Shown here: piece by piece, positions 19,977-29,651 of the stretch | How positions within the stretch are numbered: position 1 is the first letter of the stretch | Layout: the number at the start of each line of letters is the position of its first letter | Position numbers and translations under genes: made by a program | From: an uncultured virus (IMG/VR IMGVR_UViG_3300018411_000016) | Taxonomy: Duplodnaviria > Heunggongvirae > Uroviricota > Caudoviricetes | Direction: 5' to 3' (one strand) | Length of the DNA: 63,397 bases | IMG/VR virus record: IMGVR_UViG_3300018411_000016 | The notes under the pieces: generated by a model | Databases searched by the model: none | What the model was told of the DNA's origin: nothing | Seen by the model: only the letters and a program-made list of their open reading frames with translations

Positions 19977-22900
19977 TTACCCTTTTGCACTTTTGAGTTT
20001 GGCTTTTTGTGTCAAACCTTTTGCTATGTTGGTCAACTCTTGAGCAAACTGTTCACCATTCTTTACATTTGGCAATTCTATTTTGGCTATGTTAATACCA
20101 ATGCTATCACCAGATTGTGTGCTGTTAGTATTTGTTAAGTTTGATAAGATTTCAGCACTCTTAGCAATCTCTGGCATTGCCTTATAAACTAAACTCTCAA
20201 ACGCTTCTGTTTGTGCTGATGATAATACACGTTCTGGACTACTTTGTGTACCATGTAATAATTGCCATCCAGTAGATGTATTCAAACCACCAGTTGCAAA
20301 TCCTGTTGTTGCAGATAAAGAGGGTAATCCTGAAATGGTAGAACTTGTTGCAGTAGCGTCAATATCTACACCATCAACACTATCTAATTCAGCCCTAATC
20401 ATTTCCATATAATTTCTAACAGTAGTATAAATATTGTACATACCGTCATTATATGTAGTGTTCATATCACTCATTTTAGTGTCAATTGTGGCTGAAATTG
20501 TTGCAAAACCTGTTTCAATACTTTCGTTCAATTCATTATTAAAAGACGCATCTTCGTTTAATATATCTACATGAGATTTAACATAGTCTTTGTATTGTTC
20601 ATCATACTCTGATTGTTTGTCTACTTTTGCTTGTTCGAGTAGTTCAATCTCTGCTTCTAATGCAGCCTTTTGTTGTGCCAATGATTGTTCATCATATATT
20701 TCTTGAAGTTCAAGCCGTTTATCACTAATTTCTTCTTCTGTTTCAGCGACTTCTTCATAGTCTGCTATATAGTCCCATTGCCACGAACCATCTTCGTTTT
20801 TCTTGAGAATTTTAACAGTCTTATTAGCTTGTAATTCTTGAAGTTTAGCTTCTAATTTTTGTATCTCAAGAAGTTTATCCTCAATTTCAGTTTCTTCTTT
20901 TTTCTTATCATTGAGTTTATCCAGTGCGTCAATCTGGTCTTGAATGGCTTGAATTTCAGCTTCATTTTTAGTTTCCCATTCATCTTGACCATTTTTACCA
21001 TAAACTTCTTTTTCTGCAAAGATTGCTGCTTGTCCCTCAATCAAAGAAATTTGGTCACTTATTAAACTGCTCTGTTGACTTAAAAGGTCATTAATCTCTG
21101 TAGTATACTCAATATACTCTTCAGCAGTAACCCCTTCAGCACTACGTTGTTGTTGTAATAGCTTAACATGTTCACCAATATTTTTAATTGATTCACCATT
21201 TAAGACTTCAATCTTCTTTTGTAAATCAAGTTGTAAGTCTGTATTATCATTAGCCATAGCAAGATTAATAGCGGTTTGAATTTGATTTTTCAATGTGTCA
21301 ACATCATCCAAAACAGCTTTTTCTAAATTGAAACTTAATTCGATATTGTCTAACTTTATATCATATTTCTCTTGTTCAAGGTCTACAATACTATCACGTA
21401 TTTCTTTTACCGTATCGGAATTTTCAGTTAATCCAAGTTTCAAATAGGCTTGAATGGTAAATTCTTTTTCTGCTAACTGTTTATCAATTACACTTATTTC
21501 ATCAGTATTAAAGTTTAATGCTTGAATACTAACTTCTGGAGATTGATTACGTATAAAGTCGATGTATTTACGTGTTTGCTCATATCCTTCTTCTTCTGCT
21601 TCATATTTTGCATTAACTAAGTCAATATCTGATTGTAAGCCTTCTGTTCTTGCAGACATATACTCACTTTGATTACTCTCAATAGCTTCTTCAATGGTTG
21701 CTATATTTTCCTCGGAAGTATATTTCTTCTTCAACAACTCAAGTTCTTTTTGTGATTGTGATAAGGTTTCTGGCTTTGATTTAAGTAAACTATTAATCTG
21801 TTCATTAATTTTGTTGATGTTTTCAGTATTTCCCACCAATTCTTCAAAAGATAACTGTTCTTTTAAAAGACTGATTTTACTGTCTATTTCTTCTGACTTC
21901 TTTTGAATGCTATCAATAATTTTGCTTAATTCTTCATCCGTCTTATCTTTTGATGAGGTCTCTTTTTTATTATCATTGTTGGCTGCATTTCCACCATAGG
22001 TAGGCATAGTAACTGTAGTCCCGTTTAATGCTTTCTTAACTTCAGATAAAGCAGAGCCAGTTATGTCTGTCATATATCCTTCGTTAATTTTTTTCATGTA
22101 TGCTCCAGCATTGTATCGTTCTTCAGACGAACCAGCATTAGCCATCATCTCTTCGCCTTTTGCAACATTGGCTTTTAATTGAGCAAATCTCTGTAATGCG
22201 TAAGACGCCCCTCCCAAAGCTTCAACTAAAGATATAAGATTTTCAATATCACTTGTTGAGTCTAATACACTACCATTAGCTGTTTCTTTTGCTAGTCTGT
22301 ACTCCAACATAGACTTACCAGTTTCGTCTAACTGTGCTTCAAGGTATTCTTGAACAATTACTTCGGCATTAGTTATACCTTGTGATTCAAGGGCAGCAAT
22401 GGCTTGTGCCTTAGTTTCTTCTGTTACTCCATTTAGTGCGTTCTTACTATTTAGATAAGCACCCACAAGCCTATCAAAAGCAGATTTAGTGGCATCGAGA
22501 TTGTCTGGTGTTTTAGATACTGTTGAAATAAAATCTTCATATGCACTACCTAGATTTCCAAATTCATCAACAAAATCTTTACTAACTAGACTACTAAAAT
22601 CAAAACTCTTTTTATCTTCAACATCTTTCCAAATACCATTTAATTTATCTAATCCTGTTGATACTGAAGCGATATTAGTCAAAACACCTTGCAAACTTGT
22701 ATCAACTTTAATTTCAACTTTCGACTTATCCTTTAATTCTTTAATCTTACCAAGAATGTCATCCCAAGTCATACTTCCGATATTATTAATTTCATAAGCA
22801 AACTTTAAATCTTCAATAGGTAAATCTGCAAGCATAGAATAAACGTCACTACTTACTCTTTGCTTTAAATCATTAAGCATTGTGCTGACTTGATTATAAG

Positions 22901-24278
22901 AAACGTCTATGCCTAATGATATTTTAACATCATCAGAACTTACATTTAAAATTGAAGATATCGCATTTACATATTCATCTACCTGTGCTTTATAATCTTC
23001 AGCAGACATATTAGCACTATCTAAGGATAATAAATCAGATATTGCACTTTGTACGTTATCTTTATTTTCCTTAATAGGTACAATAAGATTACTAAAAATC
23101 CAATCTTGCATTACACCATCATCATATTCAAATTTAGATGGGTCTAAAGCACTTGACAATGCACTAATAGCACCTTGTTGCTCATTGTTTAAGTCAGCAT
23201 AAGTTGTACTGTTGTCTAAATATGCTTGTGTAACAGAATTGACTCTACCTTGAACATCTTCTTGTTTTGCTAAGAGAGTAGTTCTTTTTGCAACTAAGGC
23301 ATTTATCTTATCTTGATATTGCTGTTGTTCAGCCAAAGTAGCATTTTCTCTAAGAGCATATGACTCGGTTACACCATATCCACTAGCATTTTTAACTGTT
23401 GATTTTGATACGTTGCTGTCTTTTAAAACTTTCTTAGCACCAGTAGTTACAGGGACATTAGCACCAGTCATCAATTTTATGGCTGTGTTGATGTCATCTA
23501 TATCTTCTTTTACTTGTTTCGTTTCATTTTTTACACCTTTGAATATATCATCAGCGTTATTCAATACTTCTTGATTAGCTATTCTCTGTTGTTCTTTTAA
23601 TGCTTCATTAAGTGCTTCTACATTACCTTTATTTTTGAGAATAGCATTTCCTTGTTCATCATAACCACTAACCATTGTAGGAAACATACTTGCAATTTGA
23701 GTAGTTATTTCGTGATAACGCTTGAACTCTTCCTCGGTTAGTGATATATTATTACCAAAGGTATCTACACCAGTTGCCAAGTCTTTGTATTCATCTTTTA
23801 AGGTTGAAATAGTATCAGCGTTAGATTTCAAGGTATTCTGACTATCTTTAAATGTAGTTACTAATTCTTTAGATTTAGTGATTGACTCTTCTATTGACTG
23901 CTTGTATTTCTTGTTGATGGTAATAATCGCAGCAATCGCAGCAGTCGCAGCAAGAGTAACCGCCAAATATGGATTAGCTAATATAAAAGCGTTCAGTCTA
24001 GCTTGTGCTGTGGCAAGAAGGTTAGTGGCTGTTACATTTCCATATTTTGAAGCTGTGTTGGCATTGTTAGCCATAGTTTCATTTATAACTTCTGTTGTAT
24101 ATCCTTTTTTTACTAAGGTTTCCGCAATTTGTTGTTTTGTACACTTTGCAGATGTCATAGCTAATACAGTTTGAGATGCTGATAATTCTTTTGTTGTTGT
24201 TGCTAAAATTGCAATATCTCCATTAGCTGCCCTAATAGCATCTAAATATGTGCTGACCTTAACAAAAGAGGTAAGTAC
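19977..24278 (-). CDS. Tape measure protein, exon 4
   Basis: Long coiled coil with a C-terminal FATGG...HGT...PERVL motif; no RBS at the track start; in frame with exon 3. Spliced product is 2223 aa. Confidence 0.85.
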   Translation of the reverse strand, partial: VLTSFVKVSTYLDAIRAANGDIAILATTTKELSASQTVLAMTSAKCTKQQIAETLVKKGYTTEVINETMANNANTASKYGNVTATNLLATAQARLNAFILANPYLAVTLAATAAIAAIITINKKYKQSIEESITKSKELVTTFKDSQNTLKSNADTISTLKDEYKDLATGVDTFGNNISLTEEEFKRYHEITTQIASMFPTMVSGYDEQGNAILKNKGNVEALNEALKEQQRIANQEVLNNADDIFKGVKNETKQVKEDIDDINTAIKLMTGANVPVTTGAKKVLKDSNVSKSTVKNASGYGVTESYALRENATLAEQQQYQDKINALVAKRTTLLAKQEDVQGRVNSVTQAYLDNSTTYADLNNEQQGAISALSSALDPSKFEYDDGVMQDWIFSNLIVPIKENKDNVQSAISDLLSLDSANMSAEDYKAQVDEYVNAISSILNVSSDDVKISLGIDVSYNQVSTMLNDLKQRVSSDVYSMLADLPIEDLKFAYEINNIGSMTWDDILGKIKELKDKSKVEIKVDTSLQGVLTNIASVSTGLDKLNGIWKDVEDKKSFDFSSLVSKDFVDEFGNLGSAYEDFISTVSKTPDNLDATKSAFDRLVGAYLNSKNALNGVTEETKAQAIAALESQGITNAEVIVQEYLEAQLDETGKSMLEYRLAKETANGSVLDSTSDIENLISLVEALGGASYALQRFAQLKANVAKGEEMMANAGSSEERYNAGAYMKKINEGYMTDITGSALSEVKKALNGTTVTMPTYGGNAANNDNKKETSSKDKTDEELSKIIDSIQKKSEEIDSKISLLKEQLSFEELVGNTENINKINEQINSLLKSKPETLSQSQKELELLKKKYTSEENIATIEEAIESNQSEYMSARTEGLQSDIDLVNAKYEAEEEGYEQTRKYIDFIRNQSPEVSIQALNFNTDEISVIDKQLAEKEFTIQAYLKLGLTENSDTVKEIRDSIVDLEQEKYDIKLDNIELSFNLEKAVLDDVDTLKNQIQTAINLAMANDNTDLQLDLQKKIEVLNGESIKNIGEHVKLLQQQRSAEGVTAEEYIEYTTEINDLLSQQSSLISDQISLIEGQAAIFAEKEVYGKNGQDEWETKNEAEIQAIQDQIDALDKLNDKKKEETEIEDKLLEIQKLEAKLQELQANKTVKILKKNEDGSWQWDYIADYEEVAETEEEISDKRLELQEIYDEQSLAQQKAALEAEIELLEQAKVDKQSEYDEQYKDYVKSHVDILNEDASFNNELNESIETGFATISATIDTKMSDMNTTYNDGMYNIYTTVRNYMEMIRAELDSVDGVDIDATATSSTISGLPSLSATTGFATGGLNTSTGWQLLHGTQSSPERVLSSAQTEAFESLVYKAMPEIAKSAEILSNLTNTNSTQSGDSIGINIAKIELPNVKNGEQFAQELTNIAKGLTQKAKLKSAKG

Positions 24279-24348
24279 CAGACTGATTAATATAATAATG
24301 GTTGAAATCATTACATTAAAACTAACACATATGTAAAGGAGTTATGCT

Positions 24349-24651
24349 ATGGATAAATTTTGTAGCCGTTGTAAAAAAGATACTGAACATTCTGTATTTA
24401 CTACTGATAATCGAGCAACTTATATATGTACAATTTGCGGATATGTTGAAGATATTTTTGTTAGTGAAACATTACAACAAGAATGGTCTGCTCAACAACA
24501 ACCTAACCTACCTAAGTGTCCCAAATGTGGTTCTACTGCAATATCCACTGGTGCTAGAGGATTTAATCTAATGTCAGGTATGTTAGGTGCTAGTAAAACT
24601 GTTAATCGTTGTGCTAACTGTGGTCATACTTGGAAACCAAATGGTAAATAA
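24349..24651 (+). CDS. Double zinc-ribbon protein (intron cargo)
   Basis: CSRC/CTIC and CPKC/CANC pairs; AAGGAG RBS. Confidence 0.75.
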   Translation: MDKFCSRCKKDTEHSVFTTDNRATYICTICGYVEDIFVSETLQQEWSAQQQPNLPKCPKCGSTAISTGARGFNLMSGMLGASKTVNRCANCGHTWKPNGK

Positions 24652-24662
24652 GGAGTATTGTT

Positions 24663-25025
24663 ATGAATAAAAATGAAGAGATTGTTCTAAAACATTTACT
24701 TAATCTTCCTCAAAATAAATACGAAGCTAACCATGTACGAATTGGTGCTGGTCAATACAATATCGAAAGACTAACACCAGAACAAACCATTTCTATACTA
24801 TTGTCATTACAAGACCAAAACTATATTCAAACACATTTTTATGGTTCACAATCATCTGACTCTGTTTGTGAAATAACTCTTACTGCATCTAGCCTAAACT
24901 ATTTTGAACATCAACAAACTCAAACCAAAACTAAGATATTTAGTAGTATTTGGGATTTTATCAAATTTATAACTCCTACAATTATTTCAATTATAGCATT
25001 ATTAAAAAGCTACGATGTCGTTTAG
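24663..25025 (+). CDS. Hypothetical protein with C-terminal TM helix (intron cargo)
   Basis: AAGGAG RBS; FITPTIISIIALL. Confidence 0.7.
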   Translation: MNKNEEIVLKHLLNLPQNKYEANHVRIGAGQYNIERLTPEQTISILLSLQDQNYIQTHFYGSQSSDSVCEITLTASSLNYFEHQQTQTKTKIFSSIWDFIKFITPTIISIIALLKSYDVV

Positions 25026-25156
25026 TGAGCAAAACTTACAAACAGTGCTATTAAAGAAAATGACAATGATAAACAAAAAGACCAATCTAGCTCTCTGTTT
25101 GATTGACTGGTTTGTTTTGTGAATAACATTGTTGCTGCATATTTAATATGTTTCAT
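25022..25156 (-). CDS. Small membrane peptide (44 aa)
   Basis: Not in ORF track. AAGGAAG RBS, hydrophobic C-terminus. Confidence 0.35.
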   Translation of the reverse strand: MKHIKYAATMLFTKQTSQSNRELDWSFCLSLSFSLIALFVSFAH

Positions 25157-25181
25157 TTTATATCTTCCTTTCGTCCATAAT

Positions 25182-25212
25182 AAAAAGAAGCCATCTATTA
25201 AAATGACTTCTT
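25182..25212 (-). terminator. Intrinsic terminator inside intron 3
   Basis: GAAGTCAT/ATGGCTTC stem followed by TTTTT on the - strand. Confidence 0.65.
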
Positions 25213-25223
25213 CTTGTTATTGT

Positions 25224-25382
25224 TTATATGTTTTCTATTTTGTTTATTAATTCTTGAACTTCAGACAAAGTGCTTGTATCTCTATTATCATATGATATAT
25301 CATGAACACCATACAAAATATTAAGCAATTCTTCCTTAGCATCTGGCATAAGACTTATTGTTTCCAATAATTCGTTACTCAT
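25224..25382 (-). CDS. Small acidic protein, LLET family copy 4
   Basis: Not in ORF track. MSNELLETISLMPDAKEELLNILYG...; TAATG overlap with the antirepressor stop. Confidence 0.7.
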   Translation of the reverse strand: MSNELLETISLMPDAKEELLNILYGVHDISYDNRDTSTLSEVQELINKIENI

Positions 25383-26200
25383 TATGCCACCTCAATTTCT
25401 TTGATTTTTGAAAGTAAGGTAGCAGTATTGAATTTATCAAGCATATCTTTCTTTTTCATTAACTTATATATGTATTGTAATCCTTTTGGACTAACCATTG
25501 TTACACTTGAAATATGTCCACTTTCAGTTGTTGAAGTAATCACTTTAAACATCCCATTATTATTAAATCTACCATATGGAACATTGTAGTTACTTTGTTT
25601 AGTAAGAACTTTACATTTCCTAAGAAAAGCCAACAACGTATTTCTTCCTATCTTAACCATTGCAGATATATCTAAGAATTGTAAATAACCGTCAGCTTCC
25701 ATCAAGTCCATATAAGCCTTAGCTTTGGGTTCTAAATCTGCAATTTGTTTCTTATAAAGTTCATTCTGCTCTCGCAAATCTTGAACCATTGATAGTTTAG
25801 TTTCTTCTGTGAATGATGGAAAATATTTTTCAATAAATTCGCCTTCACGATTAGTTTCTACTGCACCGCCAGTTAGCCTAATCTGCTTGAGATAAGCTTT
25901 GATTTCTTTCTTCATCTGTTTAGCAATAGGCTTACGAGAATTCATACATGCTTCATACAAGCCATCTTCTGTGAGAAAAAGAACATCTCTTTTTTGACCT
26001 GAATGTACTATTGTTCCATTCAGCTTTTCATCTTCTTCTACACTACTTATCATTTTGGTTGTATGAGTATGTTCAATCCAATTTGCAACATCTATAACTA
26101 AAAATAACGGATTTTCAATACTGCCATACATTTCAATTTTCTTACCTAAAATTTCTACTTCTGCTACCACTTCTAACACGTTCTTTTCTTCTGTTCTCAT
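25382..26200 (-). CDS. Phage antirepressor (Bro-N + KilAC/ANT)
   Basis: PLFLVIDVA, FLTEDGLYE, IRLTGG, PKAKAY, GRNTLLAFLR, VSPKG. Confidence 0.9.
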   Translation of the reverse strand: MRTEEKNVLEVVAEVEILGKKIEMYGSIENPLFLVIDVANWIEHTHTTKMISSVEEDEKLNGTIVHSGQKRDVLFLTEDGLYEACMNSRKPIAKQMKKEIKAYLKQIRLTGGAVETNREGEFIEKYFPSFTEETKLSMVQDLREQNELYKKQIADLEPKAKAYMDLMEADGYLQFLDISAMVKIGRNTLLAFLRKCKVLTKQSNYNVPYGRFNNNGMFKVITSTTESGHISSVTMVSPKGLQYIYKLMKKKDMLDKFNTATLLSKIKEIEVA

Positions 26201-26313
26201 ATTAATTCCTCCTAAAAATATAGTTGATATAGTTTTAGAAGTATGATAATATTAAGATGTAAGTTTTATGTAGACAGTCCTTAACTCGCCAAAGTTAAAT
26301 GCAGGGCTGTCTT

Positions 26314-26508
26314 TTATTTGCCATTTTTAAGTCTTTCTCCTATTTTATTAACTGCTTCAAGGCTGAATAAATAAGTTCTTTTCCCAGCGTCTCTCATTTC
26401 GTACTCATTCAAATCAATAGAACGAGCAATTTTAATAATATAATTAGGAGACATATTAAATTTATCGGCAACCTCTTTTGTAATGAAGACATTTCTCACA
26501 TCTGTCAT
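26314..26508 (-). CDS. Small HTH DNA-binding protein
   Basis: FITKEVADKFNMSPNYI; GGAGG RBS. Confidence 0.7.
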   Translation of the reverse strand: MTDVRNVFITKEVADKFNMSPNYIIKIARSIDLNEYEMRDAGKRTYLFSLEAVNKIGERLKNGK

Positions 26509-26830
26509 TTCCATACCTCCTTTTGTTACTATGACCATATTACTACATAGGAGTTAGGATGTCAATACAAATATGAAAAATATTCCAATTATTTTAACAC
26601 AACAAAAAACCCTTCCCTAGTTGGAGGTTTTTTGTTATCAAGTTTGTTTATTCAATTTAAGATGTTGCGAAAACAGTTCTTTTATATTATAATAAATATT
26701 GCAAGCAGAAACCGAACATTTTATTTTAGCTATATAAGATGGTTAGGCGGTTGAGTCACATCAGAATAGTGATATTCTGTTTATACATAGAAATCCTTTA
26801 CGGAAATACATAAGAAAAGGATGATGTGAA

Positions 26831-26923
26831 GTGACAATTTTTGTTTCAATTATTTACGGAATAATTGGTAGCATAATAGCTACATATATTGTTCGGATTA
26901 TAGATAAAAGAACACAAAAATAA
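26831..26923 (+). CDS. Type I toxin-like hydrophobic peptide (30 aa)
   Basis: Not in ORF track. MTIFVSIIYGIIGSIIATYIVRIIDKRTQK: one TM helix plus basic tail; AAAGGA RBS. Confidence 0.7.
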   Translation: MTIFVSIIYGIIGSIIATYIVRIIDKRTQK

Positions 26924-27024
26924 CCGCCCTCGCCAAAGTACGGTTACTTTTGTTAATTTTTTAAGTTAGCTTAGTTTCAAATCTATGGCTCAACCGTCTA
27001 ACGGTTTCTGTTTGTATTTATACA
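26915..27024 (-). ncRNA. Putative type I antitoxin RNA
   Basis: TTGAAA-17-TATAAT promoter at 27031-27059; TAACCG hairpin + U-tract terminator; convergent with the toxin 3' end. Confidence 0.65.
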
Positions 27025-27556
27025 ATATCTATTATACAGAGTTTTCTCTCTCATTTCAATACTTTTTTATACTTTTGTTATGTTTTCCATGATAACAATA
27101 GTTTATAATCTATTTTATGTATTTTTCTATCAACGTAATACACATACGTTCAACCTTGATTAGAAGTAAAGGATAGTTCTCTACTAATAGTTTCCACCTA
27201 ATCTGTGGCTCAGTCCCGACTGTCTATTCACAATATGCTTTTTCATACATAAAGTGCAACCCTAGCAGTCCGTGGGGTTAGGTCTTTATACAAAGAACCT
27301 GTCACCTGCTGACCATCCGAAGTTCTAAACTTTTACTATACTTATAATGTCACCACTATAAGGGAGTGTTAGAGTTTTTACGGAATACCCAGCCACATTA
27401 CTATTACTGTGTGCGTAGTATCAGTACGCCATATCTGTTGTTTAATTTATATTTTAAATATAAAACCCAATACCTAAACTTATACTTCGCATAAGAACTA
27501 TATTGGTGTCGATGTACTCTTTGTATTTGGGGACAACTGTTTTTATTGTTTGCCCC

Positions 27557-27868
27557 ACCGACATTTTTAAACGCTGCAAATGCTAATCCTACACTTCCAA
27601 GAACGGGAACTAAACCGCCCATTTTATCAGTAAGTTCTAACACTTTTGTCGTTAATTCAACTATATTATTTACAGTATCAGAAGTTAATGTTTTGGTAAA
27701 AACGCCCTCTAATGTAGCTTTTAATGTATTTAATTTGGCTTCTGTACTTTCCATATAAATACCATATCTGTCTACAGCTAAACCATTTGAGTCAAGTGAC
27801 TTGGTGGTTAAATCTGTTGCCATAGACATATTATCCATCAATACAAGGAAATTCTCACGTTGTCTTGT
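27557..27868 (-). CDS. Tape measure protein, exon 3
   Basis: TRQRENFLVLMDN...FKNVG; 104 whole codons. Confidence 0.85.
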
Positions 27869-29420
27869 CGTTTATGTTATATATGTTTGCTATACATATA
27901 CGTTTTGTTGTTTATTTTCGTATTCATATTTAAATATGTATTTGTGTCCTTTAGTATTATCTCTCTTATGTAGTAATACATTTTTTATAAATGTTGTGCT
28001 TGTAATTCCTATATCTTCCATAGCATCTTTTAATTTCGTATATGCTTTAATTATATTATTATTTTTATCAATTTCGTAAAATGTTTTTATATGATTTTGA
28101 GCAAAAACAGGGATTTTATAATTACCATTATCATAATGTTCCTTTCTAATCCATGCGAAACCATGGTAACACACAACATTGTCATGTGTTACTGTTTTCA
28201 TTGTCGGTTTAAATCCTAATTTCTTTTGTGCTTGACTTTGATTTTTAAAACATTCTAAAAATTCTCCATCCATTGTCATTTGAACTATTTCATATGATTT
28301 AGTGACCACTTTAATAAAATTATATGGTAGTTCCACTTTTTTATTTTTAATCATATTACTTATCAATGTTTCTGTCACATTTAATTCTCTTGCGACTTGT
28401 ACTATCGGTGTATATTTGTTTAATTTTTCTTGTACTTCTGAAAAAGAGAATTTATATTTATAAAATGTGTTTAAATCACTATACGAACTTATGTCTATAT
28501 TCCCAAACAACTTCATAGCTACATTTTCTACCAAGTCTATTCTATTATCATATGACATAAATTGATAGCCATTGTTGATTGCAAACTGTCGTTTTTCATT
28601 ATCAAAATCTTCTCGACCATCATGATATCTTGATTGAAATTCGATAAGTGTGTTCTTCCCTTTTAAATTGGGTATAAACAAATCATAACAACTCGCTCTT
28701 CCTTTTCTTCCTTTAAATCCAATGTCATATTCAATTTTACTGCCAACATAAATAGCTTTTGCTATAGTTGCTATGGTTGCGTGTAAATGAGAAACAGATA
28801 ACTTATTACCACAATAAGGGCATCCATATTGTCTTTCGTTTTTTGACATGCAATTACTTGCTCTATCAAACTCTTTTCCACATTGTATATGTCTTATTTT
28901 TAACCACGTTTCATTTCTTTTTGTATCTTTTCTTATTTTATAAAATATATCTACCAGCTCTAGTTCATTTGTTTCTTCAACTCTACGTTTCCATTCTTCA
29001 AATGAAACCTTGCTCCTAGGTAATTTACTGTTTAATTTTTCTATTTGAATCATCTCTCTTTTGTATAAACAACAAAACTCTTATGCTTTTACATAAGACC
29101 AGACTATATCTTCACCCTCGATTAAGGGGCAGGATTTTCCATACTTTAGCATAAGCATGTACTCTACTCACTTCGTCTAATTTTAATTAGCTTATTCTCT
29201 TAGTTTATAAGAGTTAAATTTATTATCGTTTTCGTTAGTCGTTGAACCTATATCCTATCTATACGACTTAGATATGTGGCTGCTAATTGCCCAATTCATA
29301 TAATTTTTTACTATCACGCATACCGTTTCCAATTACGTTGTAGTTTATATGACTCTAAGGGGTTTCTAGCAATTTACCCTGTTCTATATATGTGTTACCA
29401 CATATTCAGGCTAGAAATTA
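27869..29420 (-). ncRNA. Group I intron 2 of the tape measure gene (1552 nt)
   Basis: P1 CAGGU/GCCUG with U.G; TCAACGACTA and GATATAGTC core; ends in G; join gives LAG|TRQ. Confidence 0.9.
27890..29053 (-). CDS. Intron-encoded homing endonuclease (Vsr/EDxHD-like, zinc ribbon, NUMOD1-like repeats)
   Basis: CGKEF...CPYCG, YDLFIP...IEFQSRYHD, IVQMTMDGEFL; lies in the 3' part of intron 2. Confidence 0.75.
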   Translation of the reverse strand: MIQIEKLNSKLPRSKVSFEEWKRRVEETNELELVDIFYKIRKDTKRNETWLKIRHIQCGKEFDRASNCMSKNERQYGCPYCGNKLSVSHLHATIATIAKAIYVGSKIEYDIGFKGRKGRASCYDLFIPNLKGKNTLIEFQSRYHDGREDFDNEKRQFAINNGYQFMSYDNRIDLVENVAMKLFGNIDISSYSDLNTFYKYKFSFSEVQEKLNKYTPIVQVARELNVTETLISNMIKNKKVELPYNFIKVVTKSYEIVQMTMDGEFLECFKNQSQAQKKLGFKPTMKTVTHDNVVCYHGFAWIRKEHYDNGNYKIPVFAQNHIKTFYEIDKNNNIIKAYTKLKDAMEDIGITSTTFIKNVLLHKRDNTKGHKYIFKYEYENKQQNVYV

Positions 29421-29651
29421 ACCTGCTAAGGATTTTGAAATCGAAGCCCTCTCTGCCTCATTTAAGTCTCCCCACTTTAATGAAAGGTCTGAAATTACAT
29501 CACTAAAATCACGAAACTCTGTTTCTGACTCCATTAATGCCACACCAACATTTTCAAGTGTTTTTCTTACATTACTTACTACTGTTCCATCTTCAACAAA
29601 ATCCCCAATTTTAATATCTTGGTAACGTGTGAACATGGTTTTTAAACTTTC
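29421..29651 (-). CDS. Tape measure protein, exon 2
   Basis: ESLKTMFTR...FRDFSDVI...SLAG; 77 whole codons. Confidence 0.88.

Larger units (their letters stand above)
24279..27556 (-). ncRNA. Group I intron 3 of the tape measure gene (3278 nt) carrying multi-gene cargo
   Basis: Core at about 27200-27556 (GGCTGGG, GGTCAGCAG, CACGGACTG, GACAGTC); P1, P10 and P9.0 pairings; terminal G at 24279. Confidence 0.75.

Noticed and set aside
27404..27556. C-terminal part of the 145-aa track ORF (GANNKNSCPQ...)
   Set aside because: Read-through into intron 3 RNA, not tape measure-like sequence.
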